Source of the DNA: a virus
Lineage: Duplodnaviria; Caudoviricetes
Virus record (IMG/VR): IMGVR_UViG_3300048920_000114
Coordinates: 7,769-71,768 of that record
Length of the DNA: 64,000 bases
Reading direction: 5' to 3' (one strand)
Shown: piece after piece, positions 51,101 through 60,559 of the stretch
Numbering within the stretch: position 1 is the stretch's first letter
How the letters are laid out: every line of letters starts with the position of its first letter
Translations under genes and position numbers: made by a program
Notes under the pieces: generated by a model
What the model saw: the letters and a program-made list of their open reading frames with translations, nothing else
The model's database searches: none
Told to the model about the DNA's origin: nothing

Positions 51101-52200
51101 TAGGTTCCGAGGACGAGGCCGCTGTTGATCGAGCCGCCAGAGATCGAGGGGGTTCCGCCGAGGGTGTAGGTTCCGGTGATCGTCCCGGACAGGACCGGGG
51201 CCGAGATAGAGGGGCTGGTTCCGAACACGAGAGGCCCGGTTCCGGTCTCGTCCGTCATCGCCGTGATCAGGTTCGCGCTCGACGGGACCGCGAGGAACGC
51301 AGACACCCCCGTGCCGAGGCCAGAGACGCCCGTGGCGATGGGAAGGCCCGCCGCGTTCGTCAGCGTCAGGGAGGCCGGCGTGCCCATCGCCAGGGCGTTC
51401 GGGAGGGTCGTGGAGACGGACGGGATTCCCGTTCCCCCGGTGACCACCACGCCGTTGTTGGCGGTCGCGAGGTTCCCGAGCTTGGCCGTCGGGTCGGTGT
51501 AGAGCAGACCGTTCGTGACGCCGCCCGTGATCGTGGTGGTTCCGACCGTGATGGTTCCCGCCGACGCGATGATCGTGCAAGACGAGCCCAGCGTGCAGGG
51601 CACGGTGTTGATGGTGGTGATGGTGTTGACGAGGTCGCTGTTCTTCACCAGCCCCGTTGCGGTGAACGCGGTCGTGATCGTCGCGCCGGCGCCGAAGGTC
51701 TGAAGCCCGGACCACGCGTTCGCGGTCGCGAGGTTGACGCCCAGGTTTCCACCCGCGGCGGTCAGGGTCGAGTTGAAGTTCAGCGCGTAGTTCGTCGACC
51801 CGCTCGGGAACGTGACCGCCAGAGGCGACGTCGCCGTGAAGCTCGCGGAGCTCGGGCCCGACAGCGGGCCGACCGTGACGCCGTTGATGCGAGCGAAGAT
51901 GCCGGTCGAGGTTGTCCACACGTCGCCGTTGTTCGGCGTGAACGGCGCCACGCCGGGCGCGATGTTGAAGCCCGAGTTTCCGGTGACCGACGGGACCGTC
52001 GTCAGCTTGCCGGTCATCACGCCGCCTGCGACGTTCAGCGGGACGAAGTTCAGGACGTCCTGCTTCTTGGCGAAGTAGCTGTTCCACTGCGCGGCGGTCG
52101 GTACCTGACCGGTGATCAGGTTCGGCGAGGACTGCGCGAGCGCGGCCTCGGCGCCGAACAAGAAGGCGAGGGCGACGAAGGGGGCGAGGATCTTCTTCAT
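48106..52200 (-). CDS. Large Thr/Gly-rich tail fibre/adhesin-like protein with an N-terminal signal-like peptide
   Basis: 1364 aa, beta-rich with internal duplicated domains; lies between the fibre genes and the lysin. Confidence 0.7.
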   Translation of the reverse strand: MKKILAPFVALAFLFGAEAALAQSSPNLITGQVPTAAQWNSYFAKKQDVLNFVPLNVAGGVMTGKLTTVPSVTGNSGFNIAPGVAPFTPNNGDVWTTSTGIFARINGVTVGPLSGPSSASFTATSPLAVTFPSGSTNYALNFNSTLTAAGGNLGVNLATANAWSGLQTFGAGATITTAFTATGLVKNSDLVNTITTINTVPCTLGSSCTIIASAGTITVGTTTITGGVTNGLLYTDPTAKLGNLATANNGVVVTGGTGIPSVSTTLPNALAMGTPASLTLTNAAGLPIATGVSGLGTGVSAFLAVPSSANLITAMTDETGTGPLVFGTSPSISAPVLSGTITGTYTLGGTPSISGGSINSGLVLGTYGGTGVNNGARTITVGGNFSASSTVSITGALSTAGPFTQAGAFATTLTSTGVTNSTLPAGTHTLAGLDVAQQWQAVQQFISGGFQVLGSTSGGLTVNCAAVCGTSTITFPSGTTNFSATGGTGQFVKQASAGAALTVSVPLFSELSGTVALNQIAPIGANRLLANNTGSTASPVDITGANARLPALLNIDQMTTVGDANLTIAATTRTVGTTTTLTAVRTFTLPLASSVNPGQSLTIVDQAGAINGANTVTVARSGGDTINGTTVAPITTQFGGLVALSDGVSKWTTLATGGGGGGGGISLVNTTPGQGLTGGPITTSGTLNVDPTVFPGFKSGLTLSTAGSSTTFGITTGSAVDSGNVAFMQLATAYTKTTGAWALGSAAGSLDTGTIAINTWYHVFIMRRPDTGATDVCTSTTAAGCVTGANIPTAYTQFRRIGSMLTNGSSQWTAFVQNGNKFSWVTPFGLTMNPVGSTSAVTVTLPGIPTGVVVEANLSGSYGTLVTTNVMYMSSLAQADVAPSATALTAQGSTAANNIVSYKADVVTNASAQIRARVGATADLIIFVSNGWTETFGGPAGAGATATAPSANVLQNYISGYTLSTAGSSTTYSLSTGSATDNLNAGFIVLSNAISKTTGAWAVGTAAGGLDSGTIANSTWYHAFVIQRPDTGVVDSCITTNVAGCSTATNIPSAYTMQRRVGSMKTNGSGQWTKFLQTGNDFQWDASVTDVNNFSGTTAVQTATLTVPPGVAVKANISLGLIAGAATVSRVYVYTPGLNSLGAIGSAINVIQAGVVSVSGQQGWSQGSVITDTARQVYFTMDSTSGSMYLNTFGWTDTRNGPNITGGNAGVANIGGASGVVGLGYGLSQSANSVSSGLTSFRTVLGSDVAMGTVNNFADGPTIAQGTVGTWIVTGQVMVTDTTAITAGLQCKLWDGTNTYASGAALSSNVAGNLPNTVALSSVVTSPAGNLRISCRNASTSTGVIKASQTGIGSDSVISAVRIQ

Positions 52201-52203
52201 GGT

Positions 52204-52986
52204 TCAGCCTTGCTTGGTCAGGTCTGGAAGCTGGTAGTAGTCGACGGTGTCGACCGTCAGATCTTCGATGTCGTGAAGGGCTTGCGCCACCGCGCGGTTG
52301 ATGGCCGCCTCCGACGCCTGGATCTTCGCGTTCTCCTCGACGACGGCCGCGTCCTCTGCGGATCTGCGCGCGGCGACCTCGGCCTCGACGTCCAGAAGCT
52401 TGGGGTCAGGCTTGGGGATGGCCGCCAGCGCCGCCGCGCGAGGATCGTCCGTGATCCCCATCTTCGCCGCGAGGCTGGTCAGAAGACCGATCTCGGCGTT
52501 GTTCACCTCGACGACCTTGGCGTTGTAGGCGTCGAAGGAGGCGGTGATCGCCTTCTCGTTCTCGGCCACCACGGCGTTGCGCGTCTCGGCGTCCTTCGTC
52601 GCGATGTCCTGCGCGACCATCTGCCGGAGAGGGCGTTTGTTGGAGGCGAGAACCGCGTTGTGCGCCTCGGCCTCGGCCGACCGGAGCTTGGCGACGAGCT
52701 CGTCCTTGCGCAGCGGCAGGAGATCCTCCGGCGTCGGGTCGTCGTTCTCGACCTGGTAGTCGGCGTTGCCGTCCTTGTCGACGGCCGACGCGACCCACCC
52801 GTTCGGAGCGTCGGGGAACGGGCACGGCGCCCACCGCTCGATGTCCGGGATGTTCGGGTTCTTGGCGTCCTGCGCGACGCGCTTCTCGCGCTCGTTCCAC
52901 TCCCTGACCTCGTGCGCGTGCGCGGCGATCTGGACCTCGATGTCGGGGTTAGCGCGGAGGAACGACTTCTTGAACGTGAAGGGCAT
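52204..52986 (-). CDS. Hypothetical protein (possible fibre assembly chaperone)
   Basis: MPFTFKKSFLRANP..., between two fibre genes. Confidence 0.6.
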   Translation of the reverse strand: MPFTFKKSFLRANPDIEVQIAAHAHEVREWNEREKRVAQDAKNPNIPDIERWAPCPFPDAPNGWVASAVDKDGNADYQVENDDPTPEDLLPLRKDELVAKLRSAEAEAHNAVLASNKRPLRQMVAQDIATKDAETRNAVVAENEKAITASFDAYNAKVVEVNNAEIGLLTSLAAKMGITDDPRAAALAAIPKPDPKLLDVEAEVAARRSAEDAAVVEENAKIQASEAAINRAVAQALHDIEDLTVDTVDYYQLPDLTKQG

Positions 52987-52993
52987 CTGATCC

Positions 52994-54136
52994 TCAGAGT
53001 TTCTGCAGCCAGTCGACGACCATGTCCCTGGAGACGTTGTTGTGCGGGGTTCCGAGACCGGAGTTCGCCGTCGTGATGTTGTGCGTGTGGTTGGCGTTCT
53101 GCGCGTCCGAGACGATGTTGATGTTGTGGTTGTGGTTGATGTCGGTGCCGAAGATCGTGGCGCCGGCAGGAGCCGTGCCCGGCTGGTTGCCGCCACCGCC
53201 GCTCATCCCGCCGACGTTGGCGTTGGCGTTCGTCCCGTGCGCGTGCGGGTTGGACTGGTTCATCACGCCCGACGTTCCGTTGACGCCGTGAGCATGGCTC
53301 GCGCTCTCGATGCCGGTCGTCCCGGTGTGTCCGTGCGTCCCGTTCTCGTTCGCGGTCAGCGCGTGCAGGTTCTCTCCGATCAGAGATCCGGTAGTCGTCG
53401 CGTTGCCGGCTATCACGGGCACGCCGGTCAGTCGCCCCGTCCCGTTGTCGTTGCCTACCATGCCGGCGCCGGAGCCGTCGTAGATCTGGATCGGCTTCAG
53501 CGCGTTGAAGTCGGCCAGCGCGTTCGCGCCGCGTCCGCCCGTGACCGGACAGATGGCGTTCGAGAACTTGTTCCACGTCTTGACGTAGAGGAAGACCGCG
53601 TCGGCCGAGGCGTAGGTGGCCGTCGATCCCGCGGCGCCGAGCGTGAAACCGGACTTCATCGGCACCCAGCCCGCGGGGACGTCGTTGGGCATCGGGTTTC
53701 CGCGCACGTCTCCGGTGCCGTGGGCGAACGGCGGCGAGATCCAGCCTGCGCCGAACGCGTCGGGGTCCGACACGTTGTCGTCCACCGTGCTCATCCAGAG
53801 GTTACCGACCACGATCCGCGAGCGGATGATCGCCTCCGCGGGGTAGCCGCCAGATCCCGTCGCGAAGTCGGCGTCGTAGTAGACCGGACCGCCGACGGAC
53901 AGCCAGCGATCCCAGGAGGTCGACTGGAACAGGATGCCGTTGGTGTCCTGACCGTAGGGCGGGATTCCGCCCTCCGCGATCTGCTGCATGTTGACCGGGA
54001 CGAAGCCGGTGTAGAGCGACGCGCGCCCCGGCTGGAGCCCGATCTGCGAGTCGACGGGGATGACGTCGATGTAGGGCGTGTCCGCGAACTGACCGAAGGC
54101 GATCGGGAACTTGCGCGGGATGTCTACTTTTTTCAT
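52994..54136 (-). CDS. Baseplate-anchored tail fibre with a collar/needle domain
   Basis: GRASLYTGF...GGIPPYGQDTNGIL...GGYP; GENLHALTANE and repeated HxH motifs. Confidence 0.8.
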   Translation of the reverse strand: MKKVDIPRKFPIAFGQFADTPYIDVIPVDSQIGLQPGRASLYTGFVPVNMQQIAEGGIPPYGQDTNGILFQSTSWDRWLSVGGPVYYDADFATGSGGYPAEAIIRSRIVVGNLWMSTVDDNVSDPDAFGAGWISPPFAHGTGDVRGNPMPNDVPAGWVPMKSGFTLGAAGSTATYASADAVFLYVKTWNKFSNAICPVTGGRGANALADFNALKPIQIYDGSGAGMVGNDNGTGRLTGVPVIAGNATTTGSLIGENLHALTANENGTHGHTGTTGIESASHAHGVNGTSGVMNQSNPHAHGTNANANVGGMSGGGGNQPGTAPAGATIFGTDINHNHNINIVSDAQNANHTHNITTANSGLGTPHNNVSRDMVVDWLQKL

Positions 54137-54139
54137 GCC

Positions 54140-54805
54140 TTACACCACTTGGACGATCGTCGCCGAGACGCCGCTCGGTTTCGGAAGAACGCCGGACTGC
54201 CCCAGGATCGCCTGCTCGACGCCGGTCAGGATGAACTCGAAGGTGTAGGTCATGGTCATGTCCTGCCCGTCAGTGCAGTAGCAGTTACCGCGCCCCTGAA
54301 ACAAGCTCCGCAAGATCTTGTTGATGCTGGGGATGGAACCGTCGGACACGTTCGAGAACGCCTTGGCGAGGAGCAGCGTGCGGTAGGAGCTGTCCGGGAG
54401 GTTGAAGTTCGAGGAAAGCTGGTCGCCCGTGTAGAACGGCGCGACGTTGAACGGCCTGCCGTCGAGGCCCGACTCGTCGAAGTTGAAGTATTCGCGGTCG
54501 CCCGGGATCTGAAGCGTGCGGCCGACGCCGAGGATGCGCCCCCACACGTCGAGGCCGTGGCCGACCGCCGTGTCGATGTTCCAGATGTTGTCGAAGAACG
54601 CGTCCATGTTCCCGGACTGGCTGACCGACTCGAAGAAGTAGCCGATCAGCTTCGTCAGGATGTCGCTGTTCGCGTACTGGCTGATGATGGTCCTTCGATA
54701 GTCGAACCCGACGCCGACGTTGCCGCCGATCGGCGTCTTGCCGATGATGAACTCGCCTATGCCGCCGCTCGCTCCGGCGTTCGGAGGATAGGGAGGTCCC
54801 GTCAT
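54140..54805 (-). CDS. Baseplate wedge protein (DUF2612-like)
   Basis: TIISQYANS...WNIDTAVGHGLDVWGRILGV. Confidence 0.85.
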   Translation of the reverse strand: MTGPPYPPNAGASGGIGEFIIGKTPIGGNVGVGFDYRRTIISQYANSDILTKLIGYFFESVSQSGNMDAFFDNIWNIDTAVGHGLDVWGRILGVGRTLQIPGDREYFNFDESGLDGRPFNVAPFYTGDQLSSNFNLPDSSYRTLLLAKAFSNVSDGSIPSINKILRSLFQGRGNCYCTDGQDMTMTYTFEFILTGVEQAILGQSGVLPKPSGVSATIVQVV

Positions 54806-56232
54806 GTGAAGGTCACCGCGATGTCGCCCACCGAGATCGTGGGCACCTGGTTGATGTTGACCTCGACCTGGTTGCTGGTCGGCCTCGAGGCTTTCATCAC
54901 GCGGCTGGAGACGACCTGCGTGATGTTGAGGTTGTAGGTTCCCGTGTTTCCGGTGCCGGTGCCGAGAGAGACGATACGCGTGCCGGCCGGGATCACGCTG
55001 GCCGCGTCGGTGATGGTCTGTCCGACCGCCAGCACGCCGGACGCGACGCCCGTGACCGTCATCACGAGGCCTGCGATGGACGCGGTGAACGTCACCTGCG
55101 GAGAGTTGGCCGACCCCACGGTGATCGAGACGATCTGCGCCCACGCGCCGAGCGCGGCGACGGGGGCGTAGTACCGGCTGGCGAAGATGGTCGAGCCGAT
55201 CCGGGCGCGCACGCCGCCGTCGCCTCCCGAGAACGCCGAGACGATGGCGTTCTGGATCAGCGCCACCGCGTTGTCCGGGACGTTCGCGTTGTTGATCAGG
55301 TTGACCGCGAACAGGGTCTGCAGCGCGTCGGGGATCTCGAACGTGACGTTGTACTGAGGGTAGGGGAACGAGTAGCCGGATGAATCGTCGACCACGACGA
55401 CCGTGGTGTTTCCGTTGTAGGCGCAGCCGGGGGACTTCTTCGTCCAGATCGCCTCGCCGATGTCCTGGGCGACGCCGCCGACGGCCGCGACGTAGAGCGA
55501 ATGCGGGGCGAGCGTGGCGCCCCTGACCGTGATCGGCGTGTCGTTGACGTTCTCGGTGACGTAGGCGTCGATGACGTCCGCGACGTTCAGCACGGCGCCG
55601 AGGATCGACGGCATCGACCCCCGAGAGTTGAGCGCGACCGAGGCCTGCCGGCGCGCCTCGAACTCGCTGCGGCTCTCGACGTCGTTTCCGATCACGCCGT
55701 CGACGAGGTTGACCACGCTCTCCCAGCCGTTCACCGCTTTGTAGATCTGGTTCAGCGACCCGTCCGGGCAGGCGATGGGGCCGTTGACCGTGCAGGCGAA
55801 CTGGACGGTGACGCTGCCGCCGATCGGGATCGTGGCTTCCTCGGTCGACTGGTAGATGTTGCCGTCGATCGCCAGCGCGAGGGACCCGAGCGGGATGACG
55901 ACCCCGGTCAGACCGGAGCAGACCGCCGACACGATCGTCGGCTGCGAGGCCTTTCGCTCCAGGTTGTAGATCCGCCCGATGGCATCCTGCATGCGCCCTT
56001 GCGCGTAGGCTGGGTCGACCTGGTTGGTGTAGTAGATGAACGTGTCGTTCGCGTTTCCGATGATCGCGGCCTCGCTGGTGGCGAGCTGTCCTTGCGGGCT
56101 CTCCAGCGCAGGGTTCAGGCCTCCTCCGAACGCGTCCTGCATGTCGAGCATGACGCCGGCGACGATCTCGTCCTCGGGCGGCGCCTGGAAGCCGTTGGGT
56201 CCGAAGACTACTTTCGGTACGTTCGTTGCCAT
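54802..56232 (-). CDS. Baseplate J-like protein
   Basis: PQGQLA...QDAIGRIY...ESRSEFEARR...HSLYVAAVGG. Confidence 0.85.
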   Translation of the reverse strand: MATNVPKVVFGPNGFQAPPEDEIVAGVMLDMQDAFGGGLNPALESPQGQLATSEAAIIGNANDTFIYYTNQVDPAYAQGRMQDAIGRIYNLERKASQPTIVSAVCSGLTGVVIPLGSLALAIDGNIYQSTEEATIPIGGSVTVQFACTVNGPIACPDGSLNQIYKAVNGWESVVNLVDGVIGNDVESRSEFEARRQASVALNSRGSMPSILGAVLNVADVIDAYVTENVNDTPITVRGATLAPHSLYVAAVGGVAQDIGEAIWTKKSPGCAYNGNTTVVVVDDSSGYSFPYPQYNVTFEIPDALQTLFAVNLINNANVPDNAVALIQNAIVSAFSGGDGGVRARIGSTIFASRYYAPVAALGAWAQIVSITVGSANSPQVTFTASIAGLVMTVTGVASGVLAVGQTITDAASVIPAGTRIVSLGTGTGNTGTYNLNITQVVSSRVMKASRPTSNQVEVNINQVPTISVGDIAVTFT

Positions 56233-56588
56233 CAGAAACCCGCCGTCGTTACGTTGCCATCTTTGTCGGTGACCTGGACCTGCCCGGTCACCCGCCTTCC
56301 GGACACGCCGGAGATGAAGCACACCGCCTTGACCACGCCCGGAACGGTCATCGCCGCGGCGACGAACTTCGTCTTCATCAACGAGACGGCCGGAGGACGA
56401 CCGAGGAAGTCCTGAAAATACGGGACGCCCTTCGACTTCGACGCGTTGTACCAAAGCTCCGACTGGAACAGCCTGATCGCGCTCGCCGCGTCCTGAGCCA
56501 ACGAGTAAGGCTCCCCGGCGACCGCCCAGTTGCCCGAGACGTCCAAGACGAAGTCCCACAAAACGGTGTCTAAAAGCAATGTTCTCAT
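56232..56588 (-). CDS. Baseplate wedge subunit (gp25/W-like position)
   Basis: WDFVLDVSGN...SELWY...GVPY. Confidence 0.75.
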   Translation of the reverse strand: MRTLLLDTVLWDFVLDVSGNWAVAGEPYSLAQDAASAIRLFQSELWYNASKSKGVPYFQDFLGRPPAVSLMKTKFVAAAMTVPGVVKAVCFISGVSGRRVTGQVQVTDKDGNVTTAGF

Positions 56589-57310
56589 GGCGTGGGCAAT
56601 CCTGATGTTCCGGTGCCGATGGTGACGCCGAGCGTGCGGTGAGCCTTCAGGCTGATCGTGCCGGCGACGACGTCGCCCGTGGTCGAGATGTTCGCCGTGG
56701 TCTGGATGACCTTGTCGTAGGTCCCGCCGCCCGCCGCCTTGATCGAGCCGCCGAGCTGGACGTCGTCCTGGAACGTGACCTTGCCCTTGAAATTCCAGCC
56801 CGCCGTCGAGTCGACTGTCAGGACCTTGTCGCCCTTGAACGTGAATGTGCCGCCGTCGTCCTTGAACTCGATGAACTGCTCGGGGTCCTTGTTCATCAGG
56901 CCGCAGATGTAGACGCCGTCGGCCGGGCTGAACTTGCGGTTAGATCCTGGCTGCGCGGCGCCCTTCGCCGCCTTCACCGCGGAGATGTCCCGATCGGCGC
57001 AGACCATCATCCCCATGTCGTCGACCGCGGGCGTTCCCTTCACCGCGCTCTTTCCCCACTGCGCGGTGATGTACGGGATGCCGAAGACCGTTCCCTGGTC
57101 GGTCACGTTACCGGAGCCGTCGATCAGCTTCGTCAGGATCTGAACGTCGACCGTCTTCGCGCCGGCATCGACCGCGGTCACCTTGACCATCTTCATCGTC
57201 GAGATCCCGGCGAGCGCCTGGTCGATCACGAACTTCTCGACGTTGTAGTCGCTCGCCGCGTCGCTCGGATGCTGCTGTCCGTAGCCGAACTGGTTGTCGC
57301 CTTCGGCCAT
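56585..57310 (-). CDS. Baseplate spike (Gp138-N/OB-fold type)
   Basis: VKVTAVD...VDVQ...DRDISAV...ADGVYICG; C-terminal ISLKAHRT. Confidence 0.8.
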   Translation of the reverse strand: MAEGDNQFGYGQQHPSDAASDYNVEKFVIDQALAGISTMKMVKVTAVDAGAKTVDVQILTKLIDGSGNVTDQGTVFGIPYITAQWGKSAVKGTPAVDDMGMMVCADRDISAVKAAKGAAQPGSNRKFSPADGVYICGLMNKDPEQFIEFKDDGGTFTFKGDKVLTVDSTAGWNFKGKVTFQDDVQLGGSIKAAGGGTYDKVIQTTANISTTGDVVAGTISLKAHRTLGVTIGTGTSGLPTP

Positions 57311-58200
57311 CAGCGTTGCACCGGGGTTGGATACTTCGGGTTGTAGGCGAGGAGTGTGATCTCCCACTTACCTTTGGGCGTCAGGCATTCGAGGTCGTAG
57401 TCCATACCGTAGATCGACCACTCGCCGCACGCCGGCTTCAGCCTGCTCTCGACGTTGATCTTCTGGCCGAAGCCGATCGACGGGTTGAACAGGCACTTCA
57501 GCATGATTCCGTAGGCCGTGTAGGTCGGGTAGCCGATCATTCCTGTCTGCGGCGATATCAGCGGCACCTGTCCGTTGCGCGTGCCGTTCTTCGGCCAGAT
57601 CGCCAGCTTTCCGTTGTCGATGATCATGCTGATGCCGGCGTCTTTCGCGATCGCCTGCGCCTGCACCTTCGGAGATCCGGTGTAGTAGGGGTTCGACAGC
57701 TTCGCGGTCACGCCGCTGTTCTCGAACGCGAGGCCCATCGTGGCCGCGAGACCGGACAGCAGCGTGGCGACGTCGCCCGAGCCCTTGATGCTGGAGACCG
57801 GCGTCGGGACGGTCGCGTCCGGAAGGCCCGTGTGCGCGGAGATCTTGAACGACACCTGCGGCGACGCGGAGAAGTCCGCGTACGCGCTCAGGATGTAGCC
57901 CTGGAAGACGGTCGACAGGCCGTCCTCGTCGCCGGCCTGGAGAACGATCGAGTTCTTCGGGACGAGGTTGATCTGCATGCCGAGCGTCGAAAGCTGGTTC
58001 ATCTTCGACTCGGTCATCCCGTAGATCGTCAGCTCCATCTTGGAGTCTGACGGTCCCCCGGCCTTGCTGATGTGCGCCGACATGCGAAGCCCGGACAGCG
58101 TGACCGTGTTTCCGCCGCCCTCGAACTTCGGCTGCTGCGTGTTGCTGCCGGACGGCGCGAGCGAGACGGTGACCTCGAGGAGCTTCTTGGTGAAGGCCAT
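57310..58200 (-). CDS. Baseplate hub protein
   Basis: LTIYGM...LQAGD...TGMIGYP...CLFNPSI. Confidence 0.8.
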   Translation of the reverse strand: MAFTKKLLEVTVSLAPSGSNTQQPKFEGGGNTVTLSGLRMSAHISKAGGPSDSKMELTIYGMTESKMNQLSTLGMQINLVPKNSIVLQAGDEDGLSTVFQGYILSAYADFSASPQVSFKISAHTGLPDATVPTPVSSIKGSGDVATLLSGLAATMGLAFENSGVTAKLSNPYYTGSPKVQAQAIAKDAGISMIIDNGKLAIWPKNGTRNGQVPLISPQTGMIGYPTYTAYGIMLKCLFNPSIGFGQKINVESRLKPACGEWSIYGMDYDLECLTPKGKWEITLLAYNPKYPTPVQR

Positions 58201-58526
58201 CAGCCGACCGCCTCCATCTCTTCCTCGGTCAGGTAGATCAGCAGGTACCGATCGCCGAGCCCCCGATACTCGGGGTCGAGCCCGAGGCCGTTGTCGTCGG
58301 TCTGCTGGTCGTAGAACGTCAGGTCCCCGGAGAAGCCGAAGTAGCCGTTCCGCACGATGCGGTTCATGTTCTCGCACTGCACGCCGGCGACGATCAGATC
58401 GTTGTTCGAGTAAAGGTCGATGAACAGCCCGAAGAACCGCTGGAAGACGTTGATCTGGCAGCTCTGGTTTCCGAGCTGCACGCTCAGGGTCTGCGACGGG
58501 ACCGCTCGTAGGGGGATCTGCTGCAT
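58200..58526 (-). CDS. Baseplate-associated protein
   Basis: MQQIPLRAVPSQTLSVQL...DPEYRGLGDRY. Confidence 0.75.
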   Translation of the reverse strand: MQQIPLRAVPSQTLSVQLGNQSCQINVFQRFFGLFIDLYSNNDLIVAGVQCENMNRIVRNGYFGFSGDLTFYDQQTDDNGLGLDPEYRGLGDRYLLIYLTEEEMEAVG

Positions 58527-58533
58527 CGCCGCC

Positions 58534-59151
58534 TCACTGAAGGTTCTGGTTGAAGAACGACGACGGCGCCTTGAACGGCTGCGGCTGCACGGTGCCGCTG
58601 TTCGTCTGCCCCGCGCCGCTCGGCGCCTTGGTGTCGCTGAAGGCCGCCTGCGCGGTCACGCTGACCTGCGTGAAGAACACGTCGACCGAGATCAGGCCGT
58701 TCCCGCTGATCGCCGTGCGGCGGTAGTCCTGCCGCTCGAAGTTGACGCTGGTGTAGATCTTCTCCGGCGTGACGACGTCGTAGAGCTCCAGGTCGCCCAT
58801 GACCTCGTCGATCGACGCCATGAAGTCCGCGCGCGCCGACAGATCCCCGCCCGTCGACAGCCGAAGCTTCACGTTGAACGGCGTCTGGACCTTGTCGTAG
58901 TTCTCGAAGGCGCCTTCCTCGAGCTGGTAGTCCGACGTGATCCACTGCTCGCGGTAGTCCAGCGACAGGACGTTGTCGGAGAAGATGACCTGCTCGCCGT
59001 CGAGGAACACGCCCCATCGCGGGGTGTCGATCCCGAAGAAGAAGTCGATCGCGTCGCCGATCATCAGTTCGATCGTGCCGATCGGGTTCAGGATGTCGCG
59101 CAGCAGCGGCGGGACGCCGGGGACGTTGGGGACGAAGGGAAAGAACGCCAT
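58534..59151 (-). CDS. Distal tail / tube-initiator-like protein
   Basis: DYQLEEGAFENYDKVQTPF...YDVVTPEKIY. Confidence 0.75.
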   Translation of the reverse strand: MAFFPFVPNVPGVPPLLRDILNPIGTIELMIGDAIDFFFGIDTPRWGVFLDGEQVIFSDNVLSLDYREQWITSDYQLEEGAFENYDKVQTPFNVKLRLSTGGDLSARADFMASIDEVMGDLELYDVVTPEKIYTSVNFERQDYRRTAISGNGLISVDVFFTQVSVTAQAAFSDTKAPSGAGQTNSGTVQPQPFKAPSSFFNQNLQ

Positions 59152-59152
59152 G

Positions 59153-60559
59153 TCACTGGCCTCCCGAGTTCGCGTTGGCCGCGCGGCTCTGGCGATCGGT
59201 CACGCCCTTGCGGAAGTCGGACGCGATCTCCTGGCCGTTCGTGCCGTTCGTGTAGACGTTGACGGTGTCGATCGTGGTGTTCTGGTCGCCGCCGCCCGCG
59301 CCGCCCTGACCGATGCCGGCGAACTGGCCGATGCCGTTGTTGCGCGCGCCGTACCAGTCGGCCCAGCCGCGCCCCGAGGTCGCCGCGTACTTCAGCGCGT
59401 ACTCGATCCCCTGCTTCTCGGTTTTTGGATCCGAAGGGTCGAGCCCGGTGTCCTTCGCGAACATGTCGCCCAGGCTCGGACGGCTGGTCTTGCTGCGGTT
59501 GAGCTGGAACGCGCCGTACGACTTCTCGCCCGGCACCGTGCTGACGAAGTTGTTGAAGCCCTCTGTCTTGGCGACGCGCAGCGCGACGTCGGGATCGATC
59601 CCGTTCTTGATCGCGGTCTGCTTGATGAACGCGGCCTTCTCCTCCTGGGACGAGAAGGAGCCGTCCGACGAGTTCGAGTTCGCGGCCTGCGGACCGCCGA
59701 GCGGCTTCCCGCTGGCGTCGTAGCCCGGCCAGCCCTTCATCGAGCCGTCGGTGTTGCCGGTGTTCAGCTTGTTCAGGATCTTCTTGCTCAGGTCGATCGC
59801 GCCGAAGACCATCCGGTAGCCCATCTGCTTCCCGGACTCGAGCATGCCGTTCCAGCGGCGCTCCAGCGCGGTCGCCTCGTCGGCGTTCTCCTTGGTGATC
59901 CCTTTGATCTTCGACAGCTCCTCGCGAAGCCGTGCGCTGCCCTGCATCAGGAGGTCGATGGACGCGGGGTCGAGGCCGAGCCGCCTGCCGAGGAGACCCG
60001 CCGTCTCCTTGCCGCCCGGACCCGCCGCGATGTTCTTCAGGTTGTCCGCGAGGTCGAACAGGCTCTGCTCGACGCCCTTGTTCATGTCGATGACGACGCC
60101 GCCCGCGGTGCTGATCGCGCGGAACTCCGCGATCAGGGGCGAGACGTCGCCGATCTTGAAACCGGCGAACGCGTCGGACAGGCGGGTGAAGTTGCTCGCC
60201 ATCGTGCCGGCGTCGCCGCCGAACACGCGCGCGAGGCCCTGCCACTTCGAGATCGACTCGACGCTTCCGTCTATCTGCTTCGACAGGCGGTTGACGCCCG
60301 CGGCCGCCGTGATCGTGTCGGTGGTGAAGTTGACCAGGAACTTACCCGCGCCCACGGCGCCGAAGAAGCCCGCCGCCTGCCGCGCGAGCCCGGAGATCGA
60401 GGACCCGATGCTACTGACCGCCTTGTCGGTGCTGCCGGCGCGGCTTTCCAGCTCCTGCTGCTGTCCCTTGAAGTTCTGCAGGACCTTGCGTTGCTGCGCG
60501 TCGAACTTGGACGGGTCCAGGCCGAGCTCGACGACGAAGGAGTCGATGACGGTGGCCAT
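59153..60559 (-). CDS. Tape measure protein with a C-terminal lysozyme-like domain
   Basis: MATVIDSFVVELGLD start; later GIDPDVALRVAKTEG...SYGAFQL...GWADWYGA. Confidence 0.85.
   Translation of the reverse strand: MATVIDSFVVELGLDPSKFDAQQRKVLQNFKGQQQELESRAGSTDKAVSSIGSSISGLARQAAGFFGAVGAGKFLVNFTTDTITAAAGVNRLSKQIDGSVESISKWQGLARVFGGDAGTMASNFTRLSDAFAGFKIGDVSPLIAEFRAISTAGGVVIDMNKGVEQSLFDLADNLKNIAAGPGGKETAGLLGRRLGLDPASIDLLMQGSARLREELSKIKGITKENADEATALERRWNGMLESGKQMGYRMVFGAIDLSKKILNKLNTGNTDGSMKGWPGYDASGKPLGGPQAANSNSSDGSFSSQEEKAAFIKQTAIKNGIDPDVALRVAKTEGFNNFVSTVPGEKSYGAFQLNRSKTSRPSLGDMFAKDTGLDPSDPKTEKQGIEYALKYAATSGRGWADWYGARNNGIGQFAGIGQGGAGGGDQNTTIDTVNVYTNGTNGQEIASDFRKGVTDRQSRAANANSGGQ

Noticed and set aside
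48106-54136. Diversity-generating retroelement or invertible fibre cassette
   Set aside because: There is no reverse transcriptase, no near-identical TR/VR pair differing at adenines, and no invertase or flanking inverted repeats.
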